The notes: generated from the letters alone by a model not told the origin. DNA of 64,000 nucleotides from an uncultured Planctomycetota bacterium (GCA_963756475.1 CAVWND010000012.1:17777-81776), one strand, 5' to 3'. Positions 35,679-45,430 are shown, numbered from the stretch's first letter. A program made the numbers and translations.

Positions 35679-35774
35679 CCTCGCGCTGCAGCGGACCCCG
35701 GCCACGGGCCGCGCTTCTCGTGTTGTCCAGGCTCGGTGGTCCGTGGCCGGGTCCGCTGAGCTTATGCGTTAGGC
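35673..35774 (+). mobile_element. attC recombination site (102 bp)
   Basis: R'' GCCTAAC, L'' GCTGCAGCGGACC, L' GGTCCGCTGAGC (one extrahelical G), R' GTTAGGC. Confidence 0.92.
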
Positions 35775-35886
35775 GGCTAGGAGGCGACTCGTTCTGATGA
35801 CGTTCGAGGACGCGGTCCCCACGCTGTTCGACGTGATCCCGCGGCACGGGGCACGGCCGGATGTACCGATCGCGGCGGAGGAGCCA

Positions 35887-35945
35887 GTAGGGTGCGTCAA
35901 GTCCTCGAAGACGCACCACATATGCTCTCTGGGTGGTGCGTCTTC
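35887..35945. repeat. GTAG-type REP, truncated doublet
   Basis: GTAGGGTGCGTCAAGTCCTCGAAGACGCACC...GGTGCGTCTTC. Confidence 0.88.
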
Positions 35946-35954
35946 TTCTACTCT

Positions 35955-36212
35955 TCAATCGTAGATGTCGCGCCGGTTGCCGACCTTGACCACCATGACG
36001 ATCAGCCGATCGTCCTCGATCCGGTAGATGATCCGATAGTCGCCCGAGCGAATTCGGGTGTAGCCTCGCCAGCCGCCTTGCAGGGCCTTGCATCCCAGGG
36101 GCCTGGGATTTGTCGCCAGGGCCTGAATTCTGGCGTCGACTTGTTCGAGGATCGGTCTCGGGAGGCCCGCCAATTCCTTCAAGGCGGATTGCTTGATCTC
36201 AACCCGGTAAAT
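35955..36212 (-). CDS. RelE/ParE family toxin (start codon unclear)
   Basis: YRVEIKQSALKEL, NPRPLGCKAL, RIRSGDYRIIY, VVKVGNRRDIY. Confidence 0.88.
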   Translation of the reverse strand: MYRVEIKQSALKELAGLPRPILEQVDARIQALATNPRPLGCKALQGGWRGYTRIRSGDYRIIYRIEDDRLIVMVVKVGNRRDIYD

Positions 36213-36564
36213 CGGCGAGCCCGAGTTCGCGTCGGACCTGCTCGTAGGGGATTGCGAGGTCGTTGGGGTCGGCGAGCCGCCGTTCGGCCTCCTCGACGTC
36301 GAGTCGGTCGAGTTCGGCTTCCTTCGCCTCTTCTTCTTGCTCAAGGGCTCGCTCCAGGCGGGGACGACCATCGAGGGGGACGATCGCCAGGCGTCGGCCA
36401 TCGATCCGGATGACCGACCCCCAACCGATCCGGGCCGCTCGCCTCATCGCGACGATACCGATCCCGAACGCCCGGGCCTTGGCGCTCTTGCCCGGGTTCG
36501 AGCCTCGGAATGTCTTGTCGATAGACCTGGGCCGCTTCCGATCCTTGCCGGGCGAGATGCTCAT
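36199..36564 (-). CDS. Putative antitoxin
   Basis: Acidic C-terminus ELDRLDVEEAERRLAD..IPYEQVRRELGL; overlaps the toxin start; GGAGAG upstream. Confidence 0.7.
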   Translation of the reverse strand: MSISPGKDRKRPRSIDKTFRGSNPGKSAKARAFGIGIVAMRRAARIGWGSVIRIDGRRLAIVPLDGRPRLERALEQEEEAKEAELDRLDVEEAERRLADPNDLAIPYEQVRRELGLADLPG

Positions 36565-36671
36565 GGAGGCTCTCCGTCGATCCGAAAGTCGAGGGCCCGA
36601 GTCTGGGCCCCGACTTCCTACTACACTCTCGACTTCGTGACGACGTCAAGAGAACCGGGAGAGACCGGCCC

Positions 36672-38261
36672 TCACGCCTTTCGGGCGCCCGGCTTGCCGG
36701 CCTCGACGACGAACGAGGCTCGGTTCACGGCCGGGGCTCCGGGCTTGGTGACGTCCTCGACCACGACGTAGTCGCTCCGCCAGGCGGCGGGCGTCACGGT
36801 GCAACGGACGTAGCCTCTCTGGGCGTTGAAGAACTTGACGCAGGGGTTCTCGGCCATCACCGTCTCGGCCTTCTTCGTGCCGAGGTTGCCGTTGCCGCCG
36901 CTGGTGATCGAGGTGCCGACGAACTCGGTGGCCACGACAGGCGTCTCGGCCTTGCGGTCGTCAACGCGGAGGTCGTTGACCCAGTTGGAGTGGATGTCGC
37001 CGGTGAGCACGACCGGGTTCGGCACCTTGCGATCGGCGAGGAACCGGACGAGCCTGATCCGCTCGGCGGCGGCGCCGGGCCACTGGTCCATCGAGTAGCG
37101 GTGGTCCTCGCCGACGGCTTGGTCGACCAGGCCCATCATCACCTGCTGGGCCAGGACGTTCCAGGTCCCGGTCGAGCCGAGCAGCGACGCCTTGAGCCAC
37201 CCCTCCTGCTCGGCGCCGAGCAGGGTGTTCTTCGGGTCGAGGGCGACCTCGTTGAGGTCGGCCGCCCGGTCGCCGTTGGGCTGGTCGGTCCGGTACTGGC
37301 GGGTGTCGAGCAGCATCAGCTCGGCGAGCCGCCCGTAGGACGCCTTGCGGTAGAGCTGCATGTGGGGACCTCGGGGGATCGAGGTGGCCCGCAGCGGCAT
37401 CATCTCGTAGTACGCCTGGTAGGCGTTCGCCCGGCGGACGAGCAGGTCAACCGGGTCAACGCCGGTCTGCTCCGAGATGTCGTTGGCGTAGTTGTTGTCG
37501 ACCTCGTGGTCGTCCCAGGTCACCAGCCAGGGGCATCGGGCGTGGGCCGTCTGGAGGTTCGGGTCGGCCTTGTACTGAGCGTGGCGAATCCGGTAGTCGT
37601 CGAGGCTGTCGATCTCCTTGCCGATGTGCTTGCGGACCTTGCCACCGGCTCCGGCATACTCGTAGATGTAGTCGCCGAGGTGGAAGATCAGGTCGAGATC
37701 GTCCTTCGCCATGTGCTCGTAGGCGGTAAAGAGGCCCTGCTCGTAATGCTGGCAGGAAGCGAAGGCGAACCGGAGCGAGTCGGGCTTGCTCGACGCCTCG
37801 GGGAAGGTCCGGGTCCGCCCGATCCGGCTCTCGGCATCCCCCGCGCGGAAGCGATACCAGTACCAGCGGTCGGGTTCGAGCCCCTCGGCCTCGACGTGGA
37901 CCGAGTGGCCGAGCTGCGGCGTGGCGACGGCGGTCCCCTTGCGGACGACGTTCTTCATGGCGTCGTCGGAGGCGATCTCCCAGGCGACCTCGATCGGCTC
38001 GGCGGGCAGGCCGCCGCCGGGCTCGAACGGCCTGGGGGCGAGCCTCGTCCAGAGGACGACGCCCGAGCTGGTGGGGTCGCCCGACGTCACGCCGAGGCCG
38101 AACGGGTCGGACTCGAAGGCGATCCGGCGGGAGACGGCGGCCTCCGATCGTCCGGCGAGCCAGGGCAGCGCCGCCAGCGCCGCCCCGGACGCCAGGAACA
38201 ACCTCCGGCTGACCCGGCCCTCGCGCCGAGCGGCCTCGCGAAGCATGATCTCATCGAACAT
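36672..38261 (-). CDS. phoD: Alkaline phosphatase D family, Tat-exported
   Basis: SRRLFL, FGLGVTSGDP, FASCQ, HLGDYIYE, WDDHEVDNN, LDTRQYR, LTGDIH. Confidence 0.96.
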   Translation of the reverse strand: MFDEIMLREAARREGRVSRRLFLASGAALAALPWLAGRSEAAVSRRIAFESDPFGLGVTSGDPTSSGVVLWTRLAPRPFEPGGGLPAEPIEVAWEIASDDAMKNVVRKGTAVATPQLGHSVHVEAEGLEPDRWYWYRFRAGDAESRIGRTRTFPEASSKPDSLRFAFASCQHYEQGLFTAYEHMAKDDLDLIFHLGDYIYEYAGAGGKVRKHIGKEIDSLDDYRIRHAQYKADPNLQTAHARCPWLVTWDDHEVDNNYANDISEQTGVDPVDLLVRRANAYQAYYEMMPLRATSIPRGPHMQLYRKASYGRLAELMLLDTRQYRTDQPNGDRAADLNEVALDPKNTLLGAEQEGWLKASLLGSTGTWNVLAQQVMMGLVDQAVGEDHRYSMDQWPGAAAERIRLVRFLADRKVPNPVVLTGDIHSNWVNDLRVDDRKAETPVVATEFVGTSITSGGNGNLGTKKAETVMAENPCVKFFNAQRGYVRCTVTPAAWRSDYVVVEDVTKPGAPAVNRASFVVEAGKPGARKA

Positions 38262-38451
38262 CGGGATGGGCTCTCTCGTCGGTCGGGTCGAACCTCGACC
38301 CGCGCCAGGCCGCGCGATCGATCGAGGTCGCGAAATCACCCGGCCATTTTCGCCCGATCCGGCCCGACTTGCGAGACGCCCGGGCGCGATTTCACGGGAT
38401 CTTCCCGGAGGTTTCGTCTCGTCGGCCGACGCCCGGTCCCGCGCTTCCCTC

Positions 38452-38754
38452 TCAACTCTCAACGGAACAGCCCGTGGATGCCGGGCGCCGGGGCGGTGCG
38501 GCCACCTCGGGCGTCGGCATCATCGGCAGCGGGATCGGCAGGAGCCGGTTGTACTGCATCATCGTCTGCTGATTGAAGGCCGCCCGCTCGGATTCGACCA
38601 CCGCTTCGAGCTGGCAGAGCGGGAGCGGCGTGAGGCGGGCGATCCGCTTGATCTCGCAGCGGTCCTCGGCGGAGATCGGCTGTCGCTTCCATTCCCAGCC
38701 GTTGGCGAGGGCCGGGGTGGCGATCAGGAGCAGGAACCAGGGGGCGTATTTCAT
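38452..38754 (-). CDS. Small secreted hypothetical protein
   Basis: Signal peptide MKYAPWFLLLIATPALA. Confidence 0.5.
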   Translation of the reverse strand: MKYAPWFLLLIATPALANGWEWKRQPISAEDRCEIKRIARLTPLPLCQLEAVVESERAAFNQQTMMQYNRLLPIPLPMMPTPEVAAPPRRPASTGCSVES

Positions 38755-38845
38755 GGAGGGGTCTCCGGGAAAGCGTTCGGGGTCGATCGGTCGAGGCCAT
38801 CCTCCGAATTATGCACCCGGAACCCGGCCCGGTCGGGCGAATCCG

Positions 38846-40915
38846 TCATCGGGCCGGGGCGAACTTGATGTCGACCTTGCCCGCGCCGCTCGGCTCGAAG
38901 TGGACCCCGAGCCCCACGCAGGAGAGCGGCAGCGATTCGAGCCCGATGACCCGGAACGACCGCTCCTCGACCGTGGCGGCCAGGACGCCAGGGTCGATGA
39001 GCCGCCTCAGCTCGTCGGCCCTCGGCGGGGCCGGACCCTTGCCGACGCCGGCCTTCGGGACGCCGAGGACGTCGAGCAGGCCCGGGGGCCGGTCGGCGGG
39101 CGCCTGCTCGCCCAGGTCGACGTGGAAGAACTTGCCGAGGAACGGCCCGGCCGTCCCCGGGAGCCGCGCGACCGCCTCCGGCCAGGCCGAGTCGCGCGGG
39201 TTGCCGACGCAGAGGAAGGATACGTTCGCCGGCAGCCCTCCGAGCGACCTCGCCAGCTCCCCGGTCGGTTCCCAGCGGGCCTCGGGCCTCGATTCGGCCG
39301 CGATCGCCGCGCGGGCGAGGGCGGGATTGGCGGCGACGACGAGTGACGACTTCCCGACCAGAATCGTCGGCCGGAGGGCGTCGGTCAGCCAGAGGACGAC
39401 CCCGGCCGGCGAGACCAGCCGATAGCCTCGCTCGGGCGCCGGCAGTCGCTCGACCGCGAGGGCCTCCCCCTTCTGCTTGCGGAAATGGTCGTTGAGCGCC
39501 GAGGCCAGCTCGCCGAGGGCCTTGTTGACCGCCTCGGGGTCGTCGATCCCGATCAGGAACGCCGGCACGGCCTCGCCCCCCCGGCCCGGGGCGGCGTAGA
39601 CCGTCCAGGTCGGCCCGAGGTGGCGCATCAAGGCGTCCCGGAGCGGCCGGGTCGTTGCCTCGTCGATCGTCCGCCCGGCCGCGTCGACGACGGCGGCGGC
39701 CTCGGGCTTCAGCGCATCCCGGACGGTCTCGAACTCGTCGAAGGTCCCGGCGCGGTCGATCGCCCCGACGACGAAGGCCCCCGAACCCCGGGGAATCGGC
39801 GGGAGTCGGTCCCTGGAGAACCCTCGGCGGTCGAGCTGGCCGAGGAAACCCGGCCACGGGAGCTTTGATTCGAACCGGACGTCGGTCAGGAGCGACTTGC
39901 CCCGGAAACCCCAGCGGCCGACGACCCGACCGGCCCGCTCCAGTCCGGTGACCTTGAGGATGAAGGCTTCGACGGAGTCGGCCCCGCCGAGCCCGCTCAG
40001 GCCGTCGAGCATCCCCTGGCCCTCCCCGGCCTCGGCGAAGAAGAGCCCGGTCGCCTCAAAGCCGTCGAGGTCCCGGCCCTCGGCCGTCGCGGCGACGTGG
40101 GCGGGATGCGTTGACACATTTGCTCGCTTCGCCTCGATGGCGTCGAGGACGGCCGCGACCCGGGCCTTGTGCAGGGCCCGGAGGTCCTTCTTCGCCCGGT
40201 CGGGTTTCATCAGGGCGTCGAAGAGGCCGGGAGTCGGCCCCTTGACGAAGATCACCGCGTCCCCTTCGAGCCACCAGGTCAGGTCCGTCGGCGGGGCCTT
40301 GGAGGCCTTCATGTATTGCTCGAGCGAGGGGATGCCAGGGGGCGGCGTCTCGGGCTTGTCCCGGCCGCCGAGGTCGTGAAGCTCGCGGCCCCGGACCCGG
40401 GCCGAGGCCGAGGCCGGCGGCTTGCCGTCCTCGACCCGGAGCATCGACCGGAGCAGCCGGCCGAAGCGATCGCGGACGGCCTGGTCGCCGAAGCCGTTGA
40501 GGACGACCACGGTGGACGTCTCGCCGTCCTCCTCGAAGGTCGCGACGGCGAAGCCTCGACGGACGAGGTGGTCCTGCGCGGCGACGAAGTCGGCGCCGGT
40601 CATCTTCTCGAAGGACCCGACCTCGAAGATCCTGTCCATCATCCGCCGCTCGACATCGAGGAGGGTGGCGCCGGCCCTCGCCTCGACGAGGATCGCGCGG
40701 GCGGCCGTGGCTTTCCAGGCGGATTCGTGGGCGGCGAGCCCGTCAAATTCGAGGTAAGCCGTCAGCCCCTGCGCCGGGAAAAATCGCGACGGGGACCCCT
40801 CCGGTCCGGCGGAGGATGCCCCTTTCGGGATCAAGGCGAGCAGCAAGAGCCCCCCAACCAGCGCGGTCTTCAGGCTCGACGTCGGGGCGACCCGGGAAGC
40901 TCCTCGGATGGGCAT
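38846..40915 (-). CDS. Large secreted hypothetical protein
   Basis: 689-aa ORF with signal peptide and GGAGGAG RBS; YLEFDGLAAH..AWKATAA N-terminus. Confidence 0.8.
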   Translation of the reverse strand: MPIRGASRVAPTSSLKTALVGGLLLLALIPKGASSAGPEGSPSRFFPAQGLTAYLEFDGLAAHESAWKATAARAILVEARAGATLLDVERRMMDRIFEVGSFEKMTGADFVAAQDHLVRRGFAVATFEEDGETSTVVVLNGFGDQAVRDRFGRLLRSMLRVEDGKPPASASARVRGRELHDLGGRDKPETPPPGIPSLEQYMKASKAPPTDLTWWLEGDAVIFVKGPTPGLFDALMKPDRAKKDLRALHKARVAAVLDAIEAKRANVSTHPAHVAATAEGRDLDGFEATGLFFAEAGEGQGMLDGLSGLGGADSVEAFILKVTGLERAGRVVGRWGFRGKSLLTDVRFESKLPWPGFLGQLDRRGFSRDRLPPIPRGSGAFVVGAIDRAGTFDEFETVRDALKPEAAAVVDAAGRTIDEATTRPLRDALMRHLGPTWTVYAAPGRGGEAVPAFLIGIDDPEAVNKALGELASALNDHFRKQKGEALAVERLPAPERGYRLVSPAGVVLWLTDALRPTILVGKSSLVVAANPALARAAIAAESRPEARWEPTGELARSLGGLPANVSFLCVGNPRDSAWPEAVARLPGTAGPFLGKFFHVDLGEQAPADRPPGLLDVLGVPKAGVGKGPAPPRADELRRLIDPGVLAATVEERSFRVIGLESLPLSCVGLGVHFEPSGAGKVDIKFAPAR

Positions 40916-41253
40916 CTGATCTCCTCCTTCGATGACCCTCGAAGTTGATCCGTCGGACCCTCGGACTCCCCCGAGGACCCCGTTCGGTGACGATCATCGA
41001 TCCCGATCGGCCCGATTTCAACAGGTATCCGCCGGGCTTTCGCGCGGCCGTCGAAGGGCAAACTTACCCTTGTCGGCCGTCGCCCGGGTCTGGGATTGCC
41101 TTTTTTCGGGCCTTGGCCAAGAATGCCGACTCACGCCGGTGGCCAGCGATGGTCCCCCGGCGCGTCCCGAGGTCCGGCCAGCCGGGGCATGACGCCGCGT
41201 GGCCGGGCCTTCGAGCGGAGCTGATCACCCAGGCCGGCAAGGAGGCGGAGCCG

Positions 41254-42789
41254 ATGGCCCGATGGTTCCTCGATCGTTCCCCGCAGCGGGGGATTCCCTC
41301 GGTCAGCCTCCGACGACTGCTGACCGACGCCCAGTTCGTGGGGTGCCAGGACTGGGAGGTGTCCGGCTGCACGGCCGACACCCGCAAGCTCGACCCCGGC
41401 CAGGTCTTCGTGGCCGTCCGGGGCAAGAATCACGACGGGCACGCCTTCGTCACCCAGGCCCTGGAGCATGGCGCCGCCGGGGTGGTCGTCGAGCGCCCCT
41501 GTCCCGAGGCCGGACGCCTGCAGGTGGTCGTGCCCGACAGCCGGGCGGCCCTCGCCCGGATCAGCCACGCCCTGGCCGGCGCACCGGCCGAGAAGGTCCG
41601 GGCCTTCGGCGTGACCGGCCGGCGCGGCCAGGGGGCGACCGGGCTGTTCCTCCGCTCGATCTTCGAGGCCGAAGGCGAATCGGTCGGCACGATCGGCCGG
41701 TCGGGCTGGTCCGACGGCGCCTCGACCAAACCGGTCGGCCCCGAATCGCCCGGTCCGCACGGGTTCGCCTCGATGCTCGCCGCGATGGTCGAGCGCCGTT
41801 GCCAGGCCGCTGTCCTGGAGCTGGACGACCGGACGCTCGACCGTCGCGAGGTGGACGGGGTCGCCTTCGAGGCGGCCGTCGTCACCAGCCTGGGCGGCCC
41901 GGCCGCCGTGGTTGAAGGCCCCGAGCGCGAGGCGCTGCTCGGCCGTCGCCGGGCGTTCGCCCGGCTGGCCCGGCTGGTCGCGCCCGGCGGTTCGGTGGTG
42001 ATCAACGCCGACGAGCCCGACCTCGACCCCGTCGGCGCCTCGAACCTGGCGGCGCGTCGGGTCACGTTCGGGCTGGAGCGTCCGGCGCACGTCTCGGCGA
42101 CGATCGAACGGCTCGACGCCTCGGGCTCGCGGATCCGGCTCCGGGGTTTCGACCGCGAGGCGACCGTCTCGCTCCGCCTGGCCGGCGAGGAGCATGTCGG
42201 CCACGCCCTGGCGGCGGCAGCCGTGGCGTGGTCGCGCGGGATCTCGCTCCGAGCGGTCGTCAACGGCCTGGAGTCGGTCGCCCGGCTCCCCGGCCGGCTC
42301 GAGCCGGTCCGCGAAGGGCAGGATTTCGAGGTCCGGATCGACCAGGCCCGGACCGCCCCCGCGCTCGCCCGGGCGCTGGTGACGCTCCGGGGGCTGATCT
42401 CCGGCCGGGTGATCTGCGTGATCGGCACCGAGGGATGCGAGAACAACAACCGCCTCCGCCGCGCCGCATTGGCCCGAGCGGCCGAGAACCACGCCGACCG
42501 CGTGGTCCTGACCTCCGACAACCCCCGGACCGAGGACCCCGACCAGATCCTCGACGAGCTGATCGCCGGCCTCCGCCACCCCGGCCGGGTCCGGGTCGAG
42601 CCCGACCGCCGCGAGGCCATCGCCTTCGCCCTGGCCGACGCCCGGCCTGGCGACGCCGTCCTGATCGCCGGCAAGGGCCACCACGCCTACCAGATCCTCG
42701 CCGACCGAGTCTTCCCCTTCGACGACGCCGACGTCGCCGCCCGCTGGCTCCGCGCCCACCGCCCGGCGACGAGGCGGACCTCGGCCTGA
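41254..42789 (+). CDS. MurE-like Mur ligase paralog with degenerate active site
   Basis: DTRKLDPGQVFVAVRG..DGHAF, PGRLE, SDNPRTEDP, IAGKGH; P-loop reads GVTGRRGQ. Confidence 0.88.
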   Translation: MARWFLDRSPQRGIPSVSLRRLLTDAQFVGCQDWEVSGCTADTRKLDPGQVFVAVRGKNHDGHAFVTQALEHGAAGVVVERPCPEAGRLQVVVPDSRAALARISHALAGAPAEKVRAFGVTGRRGQGATGLFLRSIFEAEGESVGTIGRSGWSDGASTKPVGPESPGPHGFASMLAAMVERRCQAAVLELDDRTLDRREVDGVAFEAAVVTSLGGPAAVVEGPEREALLGRRRAFARLARLVAPGGSVVINADEPDLDPVGASNLAARRVTFGLERPAHVSATIERLDASGSRIRLRGFDREATVSLRLAGEEHVGHALAAAAVAWSRGISLRAVVNGLESVARLPGRLEPVREGQDFEVRIDQARTAPALARALVTLRGLISGRVICVIGTEGCENNNRLRRAALARAAENHADRVVLTSDNPRTEDPDQILDELIAGLRHPGRVRVEPDRREAIAFALADARPGDAVLIAGKGHHAYQILADRVFPFDDADVAARWLRAHRPATRRTSA

Positions 42790-42808
42790 GCCGAAATGGT
42801 GGACTCTC

Positions 42809-42874
42809 GTAGGGTCCGCTATTGCGGACCGCCCTGCCGGACGTCGAATCTTGGTCCGCAATAGCGGACCATAC
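42809..42874. repeat. GTAG-type REP palindrome
   Basis: GTAGGGTCCGCTATTGCGGACC...GGTCCGCAATAGCGGACCATAC. Confidence 0.9.
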
Positions 42875-43048
42875 GGGACTCCGTATTTCACCGGGCGATC
42901 CGTCCCGGTTTCTACGGCCCACGTCTTTGACAGGGCACCCCGGAAGCGATAGCGTGACGACGGGCCGGGATGAGCCGGAATGACGGGCGTGATGTTTCAC
43001 GCCCTTTCGTCCGCACAATTTCAAGTGAGGCGCCACAGGGATTCTCGC

Positions 43049-43753
43049 ATGAGCTTCACCGACTCTTACCGCGAAACGTTTGCAACTGTCGGCGTCCACC
43101 TGCGCGACGAAGACGGCTGTACGAATGCCGAGATTGGAGAAGCCGAGAGACGACTGGGGATTAAGATTCCGGCTTCGCTCCAGGAGTATTACCTGCTTTC
43201 GGGTCGGGAGAAACGCATCAACCAGTTCTTCGACCGCCTGCGGCCGCCCGACAAATGGGAAATCGATTCCGTCCATTGGGACATCGATCGCAATCAATTG
43301 GTGTTCATGGAAGAAAATCAGTGTGCTGCCTACTGGGGCGTTCCTTCAGCCCAAGAACGCAAGGCAGATGATGCGGTATCTGTCGGTTTCAACATTCGCC
43401 ATAAAGGAATTCAGTGGCGCCCTGAGCACGACTCCTGCTTCACCTTCTTGAACGCGATGATCTTTTGGCATGCCTCGTTTGGGGGTGCAGTCGAGAACAC
43501 GGCTGTCGGATTTGTCCAAGAAGAGCCAGCACGTAAGACGTTGGACGACGGCTGGCAACTTGTTGGTGAAGTGCGCGGCATGCGGGCTTACAGGCGCAAC
43601 GGCCAAGCCATTTGCTTGGTAAGGTGGGAGGACATCATGCAGAAAATGCGGAAACTGCCGCCATGGCGTGTCCATGCGGCAGCGGCTTCTGCGGATGCGC
43701 TCGAAGAGACCAAAATCGCGTTGCCAGCGCAGTGGGAGCGGTGGAGCGGCTAA
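43049..43753 (+). CDS. SMI1/KNR4 (SUKH) immunity-type protein
   Basis: EIGEAERRLGIKIPASLQEYY, VFMEENQ..YWGV; lower GC than flanks. Confidence 0.88.
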   Translation: MSFTDSYRETFATVGVHLRDEDGCTNAEIGEAERRLGIKIPASLQEYYLLSGREKRINQFFDRLRPPDKWEIDSVHWDIDRNQLVFMEENQCAAYWGVPSAQERKADDAVSVGFNIRHKGIQWRPEHDSCFTFLNAMIFWHASFGGAVENTAVGFVQEEPARKTLDDGWQLVGEVRGMRAYRRNGQAICLVRWEDIMQKMRKLPPWRVHAAAASADALEETKIALPAQWERWSG

Positions 43754-43789
43754 CCACGCGTTGAACTTGACCGGGCCGGCATTATGGCT
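43748..43789 (+). mobile_element. Truncated attC (R''-L'' half)
   Basis: Stop codon inside GGCTAAC, followed by CACGCGTTGAACTTGACCGGGCCGGCATT; cut by a REP. Confidence 0.55.
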
Positions 43790-43894
43790 GGGTGGCCGGA
43801 GTTCCGTCTTTGGAACCCCGGCACGCCGGTCGCAGGCGACGGGCGAACCCGAAGGTCATGCGCCGGGGTTCCGAAGACGGAACCCCGGCCACCC
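43790..43894. repeat. REP-like palindrome
   Basis: GGGTGGCCGGAGTTCCGTCTTTGGAACCCCGGC...GCCGGGGTTCCGAAGACGGAACCCCGGCCACCC. Confidence 0.9.
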
Positions 43895-43911
43895 GACCGG
43901 CTTTGATCGGC

Positions 43912-44005
43912 CTATTCGCGGACGACGACCGTGAACACGGGACTGGTGAAGCTGCCGTCCCACACGTCCTTGTCCGCCTCGGGGTGTCCGCCCGAGGAGT
44001 CGTAG
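43912..44005 (-). pseudogene. Orphan 3'-end copy of the adjacent gene
   Basis: 43912-43996 matches 44114-44198 with 5 mismatches in 85 bp, including the stop codon. Confidence 0.92.
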
Positions 44006-44108
44006 GGTGCGTCGAGTCCTCGAAGACGCACCACATGAGCAAGCGCCTAGCCGTTCGGTCTTCTCCTCAATCCCGTTGGTGCGTCTTCGAGGACTCGACG
44101 CACCCTAC
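44002..44108. repeat. GTAG-type REP doublet (REPIN-like)
   Basis: GTAGGGTGCGTCGAGTCCTCGAAGACGCACCA...TGGTGCGTCTTCGAGGACTCGACGCACCCTAC, perfect arms. Confidence 0.95.
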
Positions 44109-44113
44109 CGCTA

Positions 44114-45430
44114 CTATTCGCGGATGACGACCGTGAAGACGGGGCTGGTGAAGCTGCCGTCCCAGACGTCCTTGTCCGCCTCGGGGTGTCCTCCCGAGTC
44201 GTAGAGGATCTGGACCCGGTATTCACCCGGCTTCGAGAAGTCGCCGAGGCGGCCCAGGTCGATCTCGCGCTCGTAGGGCGAGGAGGGGCTCAGGTCGAAG
44301 ACCTGATACTTGACGGCTTCCGGCTGACTCCTGGATGAGACGGTCTTGCCGTCGGGCGTCGTCTCCACGGAAAGCGTCACGACCCGACGGCCAGGGGGAT
44401 ACTTCACGATCTGATCGTTGGCCGTCTCGATCCGGAGGCCCCAGAAGTCGATCCCGCCGAGCTGGTCGGCGAACTTCTCACTGGGAGGGGTCGGCTTCGG
44501 TAAGGGACGCCCTTCGGCCGCGGCCTTCCGCCGTTCGGGCCACATCGTATCGGGGTCGTCGAGGTAGACCACGCGGACCGGGACCACGACCCGGGCTCCG
44601 CGAGCGAACTCGAACCGCGTCTTGACGGGAACGACCTCGAGGGCATGGACGTGAGTCTGGTTCCCGAAGTCGTACCCGAAATAATTCGCGAGGGTCGCCG
44701 TGTAGGAAGAGTACCTGTTGGTGCTGGACGAGTCTCGCGCGAAGAATTCGTCGCTGGGGCGCCGGCCGGTCGGGCGCAGCCCTCCGCGCACGCCCCTCCA
44801 TTCGTAATTCTCGTCCTCGGCCACGAACGTGTACCTGCGGATCGCCCAGGCGTGGATGCGGACCAGGCCGGGGTGGTCGGGATCGGGCTCGATGCCCATG
44901 AACTGCCCCCAGGATTTTCCCGTGATGTCGCGCCAGGTCTTGCCCAGGTCGGGCGAACGGAGGAGATGGCTGCCGGCGTTCATCCCGTCGGCGCCCGTCA
45001 CGGCGAAGAGTGCCCCGCTCGGGTGGAGCAAGGTGGCGCCGAAGTCGTTGCGCTCGGAGACGAGGTCCCAGGTCACGCCGTCGTCGCGCGAGAGGTACAG
45101 GCCGTAGCGGGAGCCGGGGCGAGGCTGGCGGTCGAGCTCCGACTTCAGGGCGACGTAAATGACCAGCGGCGAACGCCCGGGTTGATGGGCGAAGGTCCCG
45201 TTCGGGGGCATCTCCGGCGGGGTCTTCAACCGCTCCCAGCGCTTCGTTTCGAGAGACGCTCGGAAGAGGCCGTCGGGGGTTGACGCGAAGACGTAGGACT
45301 CTCGCTTCGAGATCGACGTCAGCGGCTCATGGGCCTCGACGGGCGTCGGCTCGGCCGCGAGCGCCAGGCCGTCCGATAGGCACGACACCACGGTCAGGGC
45401 ATGTACGATCGAGCGTGCGGGTCGTCTCAT
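44114..45430 (-). CDS. Secreted BNR/Asp-box repeat protein
   Basis: Asp boxes SRDDGVTW and SPDLGKTW; Ig-like C-terminus KPGEYRVQILY. Confidence 0.8.
   Translation of the reverse strand: MRRPARSIVHALTVVSCLSDGLALAAEPTPVEAHEPLTSISKRESYVFASTPDGLFRASLETKRWERLKTPPEMPPNGTFAHQPGRSPLVIYVALKSELDRQPRPGSRYGLYLSRDDGVTWDLVSERNDFGATLLHPSGALFAVTGADGMNAGSHLLRSPDLGKTWRDITGKSWGQFMGIEPDPDHPGLVRIHAWAIRRYTFVAEDENYEWRGVRGGLRPTGRRPSDEFFARDSSSTNRYSSYTATLANYFGYDFGNQTHVHALEVVPVKTRFEFARGARVVVPVRVVYLDDPDTMWPERRKAAAEGRPLPKPTPPSEKFADQLGGIDFWGLRIETANDQIVKYPPGRRVVTLSVETTPDGKTVSSRSQPEAVKYQVFDLSPSSPYEREIDLGRLGDFSKPGEYRVQILYDSGGHPEADKDVWDGSFTSPVFTVVIRE

Noticed and set aside
42970-43045. Upstream attC/attI core for the SMI1 gene
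   Set aside because: No GTTRRRY complementary to GGCTAAC was found; only a small hairpin and GTGAGGC, so a complete cassette is not supported.
43912-44198. DGR template/variable repeat pair
   Set aside because: Mismatches are not adenine-specific, are mostly synonymous, and no reverse transcriptase is in the window.
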